From the NCBI RefSeq assembly GCF_000150275.1, contig NW_002060949.1:803836-867835 (forward strand): a stretch of DNA of 64,000 bases. The letters are read 5' to 3'. The DNA comes from Trichoplax adhaerens (Eukaryota > Animalia > Placozoa). The position numbers were made by a program, and so were the translations under genes. Under the pieces are notes generated by a model. The model made no database searches, had not been told where the DNA came from, and worked only from the letters and a program-made list of their open reading frames with translations. Numbering within the stretch: position 1 is the first letter of the stretch; every line of letters begins with the position of its first letter. This document shows positions 56,347 through 64,000 of this stretch, one piece after another.

Positions 56347-56821
56347 CAAAGTACCAGTCGGTACAGTAGTACTGGCACTGGCAGGGACAGGGACTGCTCA
56401 ACTCCAAATTCTCTCCTCAAAGCCGTCACTAAAACTATTTCCCCTTTTCTTTTAGGAGGGAAAATTTTGAGTCGAGTAGACATGGGCGACTGGTCTAGTG
56501 TGGTGGATTCGGTGCCACCACCAATTGCTATCACATGACAGTGTCATGATAATGAAAGTACTGTACTGTAGTGATACAGTACGTGCCAGCGTACTGTAGA
56601 ATATATACTGTACACTGTATTATCGTTAGTAAGGATGAAACTGTATGGCAAATGCGGATGTCGACAGTAGAGTGTGCCGTGACAGACATACAATCCGGTT
56701 GAAATGACTAGTAAAATAATTGGCCTGCTCATTATTACCACGATAATCAACGACCCCTTTGGTGGCCGCTTTCTTTCTATTTTATAAGTCCTTGGGGCCA
56801 GTTGGGGGTACACTCGTACAG

Positions 56822-56847
56822 GAGAGAGAGAGAGAGAGAGAGAGAGA
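56822..56847. repeat. (GA)13 microsatellite in the presumed TRPML promoter
   Basis: Perfect GA run, upstream of a likely 5'-UTR exon ending at the donor GTAAGT (57042). The matching acceptor CATAG is at about 57534. Confidence 0.85.
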
Positions 56848-57594
56848 CTGCATACCACTACAGTAGGACTGTCTACTCAATCGAATCGAGTGGAAGCAGC
56901 AACAGTTGATGGATACAATCATCAAACCTTGGCTACGTCTTTTAGCAAAAATTCTGCATAATTTATCAGCAATTCAACGTTATCCGGATTGGATTTTACT
57001 TGTGAAGATTAAAACTATCCCTGAGATCAGTTTTAGCTTGAGTAAGTTGTCAGGAAGTTGTAGAGGCTTGCAAGGTGTTGTCTACAAAATCGATGATATG
57101 ATGATATGTACACTGTGTTTACCTTTCCAGAGACGAAAGTATTGGTAGCAATCCATACAGTAGAAGTGGATGCAAGATTTACATTGGATTTGATACTATG
57201 TTTTATTTTCTGTCATTATCATCTAGCTCTCATGTCAGACTAGTTTCTATGTTGAGAAGGCAACAGGATCAATCTTGGTGGATTATTGACATTACTTGGA
57301 GTGTCTTTGACTCTTTGCTTTTTCATAAACACCTTGTACGTACGCCTATGTCAATCACTTTTACCGTGACAGCTTTCCTTCATGACTTTCGATAGTAGTT
57401 TTTTAGTGTCTATTTTTGTCAAATACGAACAAATTTTTACGAACTAAACTTTCAACTAGACCACTAGCTGTAACTCAGACCATCATGCTTTTCTTTTTGG
57501 GGGGGATTACTTCAATTTGGTATTTCATACATAGATTGTAACAGGCTATATCTAGTGGACAACGTCGTGTATACCGCACTGGATATACAGCTGT

Positions 57595-60500
57595 ATGGAA
57601 GTGGAAATTCCAATTATGGCAAATCCAGCGTTATCGATTGACACAGGTGCAGCAGCCAACCTAGATACAAATTCTGTCTCCAATTCCGTTGCAAACCATG
57701 AGTTTTCTGCTGCCTTTAACTTATCCGATCATCAAATGAGGAAGAAATTGCGTTATTACTTTATGAATCCATTGGAAAAATACGAAGCCAAGAAACGAAA
57801 ACCATGGAAATTAGTATTTCAAATTGTCAAGATCGTCATGATCACAGTTCAGGTCTGTTTGCTTAATTTCAAATGCTACAGTTTACAAATGATGTATAAT
57901 ACAGTACTGTAGTACACTGATTATAATTATAGTATATAGAGAGAGAGAGATATTAGTGCTTTTCCTCTGGTCGATTTTGCATAGAATAACAGTAATAAAA
58001 CTGTAATAAAAATACTGCTTTCATTCGTGTGTTTCAAAAGCACTAGCACGTTGCTGTTTTGAACAATGACCAATATCGAGAGTCTTAATCAGACTATACG
58101 AGTATTCTTAATTAATTAATTATTAATCTAGTACCACACCAATCAGAGTAGCAATTAATAGTTGCATAGCAATAATGATGACGCTATGATTTCAGTTAAC
58201 ATTGGGAATTTTGCATTGCTATACTTTATTCTCAATGTTTATTATAAGTATGCGTATATCTTGTACATATGAAATCGATACCATAATCTATAGACTTATC
58301 AATTTACATTTTATACTCGTATTGCGCTAGTTGTGTGTATTTAGCAGTTCACGTTTTCAAGTGGTGGATTTCATCAATGATAATCGAGAAACATTAACCC
58401 ACTATTTCACTGGAAATCGGACGGTATATCGCGTCGATCAAATTATACAACAAATTAATCATACTTTTTTTCAGGTACACATAGCATTATAAGCAATTGT
58501 TATTAGCTCCTTCACTAAGCTCCTTTATAATGTTTACATGTATGTGCTGTTTTTAATATGTGAATCAATTTCCTTTCAGTATGCTGCGATAGCAGACACA
58601 GCCATTGGAGCATATAATTACCCCACAACAGATGGAAGTGTACCTCCTATTGAATTTTGTGTTAAGAAATATGCTAACCTTACTTTTCACGCACAAACTC
58701 AACAGTACCGTTTCAACACTACAATTTTAAATAGTAAGGATGAAAATTGAATAACCACATCAACGTGTAGCTTATACAATACTGAATCCTGAAATTTACC
58801 GTTGATCGAAACTACTATGCTGTTGTTGATTAATCAATGGGTCAATGACATAGCTAGCCAGTAATGCAATATCGTCTTAATTATACAAAAGTGCCGGTAT
58901 TAAAAGCTTATTGATTTACTTTTAATCACCTAGATTTACTGTAATACTTTATTTTCAAAACTGTGATTTAATCATATTTTAAATACAACAAATTCTACAA
59001 GTCTGTTCATAGTCATACTTAGCCAACAAAATTCGATTTGTTTGCTTAATTTGCCCCTAGGATGATGTATAGTTTAAAATGATTAACAAAATATTTACTT
59101 TACGATCTCTGCTACTCTATAATGCTTAATTTTCTTACTATTATTGTTATAATTCGCTTCTTTCCTGAATAGCCTGTGAAAATGCCACCGGTCCTATTGA
59201 TCCTAATCAAAAATTACGAAGCTTCGAATTGACTTTACCGCAAGATTGGGATAGGTTTGCCAACTTACTGTGTTAAATAGTATATAGTCCTACTTAGAGT
59301 ATTTGAAGGTGCATAATCGTTAAGATACCTCATTGTGTAATTGACCTGGCGAAGAAAAGATATAATTGTAATATTTCATAATAATATGTTTTATCTCATG
59401 CAATATAGAATCATTATGATATCAATGAAGTTCTCGTTAAAGACTATCGATCTACGACAAATTCAATTTTATAATGACCCAGATTGTTACGATTTAACCA
59501 TTAACGTATGCTATTTCCGGAAAAACTATAAGTTATCGCATGCAAATTTTAAATTAAGACACTGTGCTAATTTGCCATAAATTTCGTAAATACTTGCTTG
59601 CTAGGTATCAATTGATAACTCAGATCATGATGGGAAAGCGCTAATTGATGTACGGCTTGATCATAGGCGATACCTATGTTCGAAGAAATCGAATAAGCTG
59701 GACGGTTAGTTTGAATATGTATATTTAAACACATTTATTATAACTTTGATGTAATAAATGATATTATATTTCAGAACTTTCTACTTATTCCATTACTGGG
59801 ATCATTATTGATGTGATTGTCATTATATCTTGCTTGGTTTCGAGCATATTATGTTTAAGATCAATGTTTAAATCCGCTCTCATTTCGATGGTAAGAAAGT
59901 GACATCATTTGTTCCAATTATCAACAAATGTTTGTCTATCTTGTTAAACTGCGATAATTAAAACTACGGCTGATTTAAAACCATAGCAATGGACTTTATA
60001 TTTTTGGGAATTTGAATGCTAGATCGTATCAGAACACTTTAAAAATCAGCACAATAAAAGTCTAACCCTCGAAGAAAGAATGGAATTTATAAACTTGTGG
60101 TTCATAGTTATTGTAGCTAGTGATAGTTTAACTATAATTGGGTCCGGCTTTAAGATATTTATAGAAGCTGGGGTGAGTTCCTTATAGTATGAAAAGCTCG
60201 TTTTAATGCATCAGTAGAATATAGTTATCGTTAAAATAAACCACGTTCTTATGATTTCAGGACTTTCACGATTATGATGGTTGTAGCATCTTATTGGGAA
60301 CGGGGGTATTATTTGCTTGGATTGGATTCTTACGATTTTTAAGTTTCTTTCGTAAATATAACGTAAGAAACAATATATGAACATAATAGGATAATCTTTT
60401 CAGAACTGTGGCATGTATTACAAAAAAATACGATGTACTTTCTTTAACAGATTCTTATCGTTCTTTTTAATTACTATTTTAATGATAGATTCTCCTTATA

Positions 60501-61422
60501 ACCCTGAAAGCTGCTTTTCCTAGTGTCTTGCGTTTCATGTTTTGTACTGCTTTCTTGTACATGGGCTACGCATTTTGTGGGTGGATCATTCTTGGTCCTT
60601 ATCATGAAAAGGTATAGTAATATATTGATCAGTCCATCTAATAAAAATTGATAGTAAATAAAGTAAAATTTTTGTGTCACTGCACTTCAAATTAAACAAA
60701 TTTTTGTTATACGATTATAATACTAACAATTATGTGATATTGTTTAATGACTTACTATTTAGTTCCGGACTCTAAACACTGCATCTGAATGTATGTTTTC
60801 TCTAATCAACGGAGACGATATGTTTACAACATACAAAATTATGTCCAAGGAAAGCTATTCGGCCTGGCTTTATAGCCGAATCTACTTGTATACATTTATT
60901 TCATTATTTATATACGTCGTCTTGAGCTTGTTTATATCCATTATCAGCGATACCTATGAAACTATGAAGGTACACTATATAGCTAATGGTTATAAATAAC
61001 TAACCAATGTAAAATTAAGAGCGATGAATTTATAGTTGTCATGCCCTGTTTGTAATTTATGTTTGGATCTCTTATTATAATAGGATTGGCCAGATATTAA
61101 ACAACAATCATATTTACATGAATTTGTTTCGAAAGGAGGACCTATAGAACCGTCTTCTTATCGAGATCCAACGTTTGATACTTTAAACGTCTGTAACTGC
61201 GGTACCACTAGCAGATGCTACAATATATCAAATTGGCTTGCTTTCCTCTGTTGCTGTAACAGGTACATTTACTAAGTGATATCCATTCTGTTTATTGCTG
61301 TTGGAATGTACTGTACGTACTTATGCTTACAAGGTACATACGATCGTTAATTATGGATTTATGGTTATAATTTCAGTTCTGGAAGACGGTTACTTGTCAA
61401 CTTCGATAGTGAATGTCAATGA
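57595..61422 (+). CDS. MCOLN: Mucolipin / TRPML endolysosomal cation channel; 13 coding exons
   Basis: Polybasic [26 protein letters not shown]; S4 [18 protein letters not shown]; S5 [15 protein letters not shown]; filter [10 protein letters not shown]; S6 [21 protein letters not shown]; tail [20 protein letters not shown] (last exon 61377-61422). Confidence 0.95.
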
Positions 61423-63421
61423 AATAGAAGGGTTTTGGCATTATCAATTTTTTATACATATTTTTACAATTGTATTAGTTCATTGCATATAGCGAAGGTA
61501 ATAATTGCTGTAAATAATTATAATGTGTTACCGTTATTTAATGCCAGGTGTACATTAGATGAAAATAATACTGCAAAATTACCTAAAATGAACTTATGAT
61601 TATTGAGGAAAAGATGATTTACTTATAATACTGAACAATTGTAAATTGATATACATATGACAGTAAGACAAGTGTCTTTCGCGGGTTAATAATGCAAGAT
61701 TATCGTATTTAAAATTTTCTGACTACCTGATATATACTATACGTAGGTGTATTTTGTAAATTAGCAGTACAAGTGATTTATAAAAACGTATTTTATTATA
61801 TAGTAATGAAAAATTTTATGATTTTCTGTTCAAGTAACAAGATAGAAGCTCATAACTTAGTAAATGTAATGGAGAATTCTTGATTGGCAGATTGAAAAAA
61901 TTCGTATTGAGTAAAACTGTCTTTTTATTATTAAGAATTAAAACTAATTGTTAGATTATGTAAATTGGTCTCCATTTTTTAGTAAATGTATTATTGTATG
62001 AATTTTTATTGGATGCAAAATGCCCTACATCATTATCGAGTAAACGATTGACTATGCTTCGAGGTTTAGGGCTATTTGCTAATGATCTATAAGATATTAG
62101 ATATTAGATATTAGCTTGCACTATACGCGTTTATACGAGTATAAATCCGTAGCTTTGATTCTTGATTAAGTGAGTGATTGAATTTCAATAATCTTCCGAA
62201 AATTGTACTCCTATAAATGACAATGTCACTTTTCGAGTGGTAATAAACAATAGCATTTAATATTAATTCTTCCGAAAATGTATAACTATATGTAATTAAC
62301 TACTCAGTATTTTGTAGGAATTCACCACATATCCTTGCCTCAGATTAATTATTCTTAATTTTCTAAAATAATGAAATTAAAGCTAGGAGTTATTTAAAGG
62401 ATCTTACAGGTATAGTACTATAAATTCAAGCAGTAAGGCAGGGATGAAGAGGCCATTTCTGTGTATGAAAATCAGTCAAATTGAATTATGGTTCTTGAAT
62501 ACAATCATCTCAGCATTTTGATACCATAGCTTTTATCGCCTAACATAGGAAAGGTTTATTTGCTATTAATCAGTATAAAGGTCAAATGCTCATCTAATAT
62601 ATCGATTAATGCAAATTCGAACTCGTCTGCTACCTGTTAACTAGAATTAACGCTGATCTGATTAGCGAAATATTAATATTTTGTCTACAGTATAAAAAGA
62701 GCTAATATATATCTTTGTCAGCTAATACTGCAAATAAAATGTATATGATTTAATTACTGGTAATCTATCAAAAACCATTTTATCCAAATAATCTATATAT
62801 ATTCATATTGTAAAACTAATGCAGTCAGAACATTTTACAATTTTGTTATTTGAAATCATTCCTAAAGAGATTTGATTACTAATAGCTACATAAGTATACA
62901 AGTACTGTACAGTATCTTATTACTATGTTAAGTAATGGTATCAGAATTTGTCTACAGTACTATCTACTTGATTAAAATTACTAATAAATTGATTAATGAC
63001 AATCTATTTAACTACATCTAACGAAAGTATTTCAGCTGATACAACCATAGCTAGTCTTCAGCTTTGTTAATTAAGTATACTTGTACCTAAGACGGTAATT
63101 AGTTAATGACCTGCATACGATATTACTTTAATAAACATACTATAGTACGGATAATCTTCTAAAAACATGATCTCTAACGTTTCACTCCAATACTACAACT
63201 GGACAACCTCACTATATTAGTACGATAGCTTCTATCGCTATAAGGTTCTACTAACGAACGAGAAAAGTGTGCAGGCCATTTGTTGGATTAAAGTCTCTTA
63301 TTTTCCTACTGCTCTTTTTCAAATATCTAGCATCTAGCAGATATCTCAATTTACAAACACACTGAACATTTTTACTAATTTCGTTATACGCATATTTCAA
63401 TAAATCTTACTTTTGTAACTC

Positions 63422-63743
63422 CTATACTTTGAATACGTTTAATCTAGAATTTTGCTTCTGGACCAACATACATTCTTCACGCAAAACATCTGTATTTATA
63501 TTTAATAACAAACTATAAAGTTGATGGCTCTACATATACACAGTTAACTTTTATTTTAAGAACTATTAAAAAACATGATTTTATACCCATCATTAATATT
63601 AGCAAAAATGCAAAGCTGATCTTTGCAGAAAATGACAATGGCCAGATAGTGTTATAACTCTGGCTGAAATAGCTACATTTACCTAGCAATGAATCTTGCA
63701 ACATCAACATTAGTGCTGTATTTTCAAACTGATCATATGTGAG
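63422..63743 (-). CDS. Last two exons of an unidentified gene continuing beyond the window
   Basis: Exons 63743-63683 (phase 1) and 63489-63422 splice GT-AG to give LTYDQFENTALMLMLQDSLLDVLREECMLVQKQNSRLNVFKV*. No family was recognised. Confidence 0.55.
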
Positions 63744-64000
63744 CTATTTCATATTGAAACAGAGAATAAATTAGGATTATCTCCATTTTTGAGAAAAGCC
63801 AATATTAATATTATAACCAAAATAAATTAACGTTAAAAGTTACTTGAGAAGGAAATAGACAATAGGGTAGTTGTATAAAATGACTAACTAGTTTCGACAA
63901 TCAAGGTGAAATACGAAAATATGGCATGATCTGATATTGTATCAGAATAGTAGACAAAGTAGTATTAACACGAAAGTGTTAATTAGAAAAGGTATTATTC

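Noticed and set aside
60531-60560. TRPML S5 residue at the varitint-waddler gain-of-function position
   Set aside because: The residue is Thr (RFMFCTA), not Pro, so there is no basis for claiming constitutive activity.

Overview
This is AT-rich, intron-dense animal genomic DNA with short GT-AG introns. Its style suggests a placozoan (Trichoplax-like); that assignment is inferred, not proven. Genes were reconstructed by hand-splicing. In order: the 3' end of KAT14/CSRP2BP (+); two tandem, intact 18-exon CFAP57/WDR65 paralogues (-), each with an RFX X-box-type site about 0.3 kb upstream; the AMPK catalytic alpha subunit (+); a ~12.7 kb interval with no recognisable protein-coding gene, containing a 215-bp satellite; a long-form PDE4 (+); a one-repeat-per-exon ankyrin protein ending in CRCC (-); a mucolipin/TRPML channel (+); and the 3' end of an unidentified gene (-). 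The most notable observations are: asymmetric CFAP57 duplication with diverged RFX promoters; an AMPK alpha lacking alpha-RIM2 and the ST loop; a PDE4 with Cys at a conserved active-site Phe and an extra PKA site; an apparent exon presence/absence variant at the assembly gap; a long-TIR MITE-like family and TACAGTAC-rich tracts in both divergent promoter intervals; and linkage of CFAP57, PRKAA, PDE4 and MCOLN matching human 1p. No prokaryote-type system (CRISPR, operon) is present.
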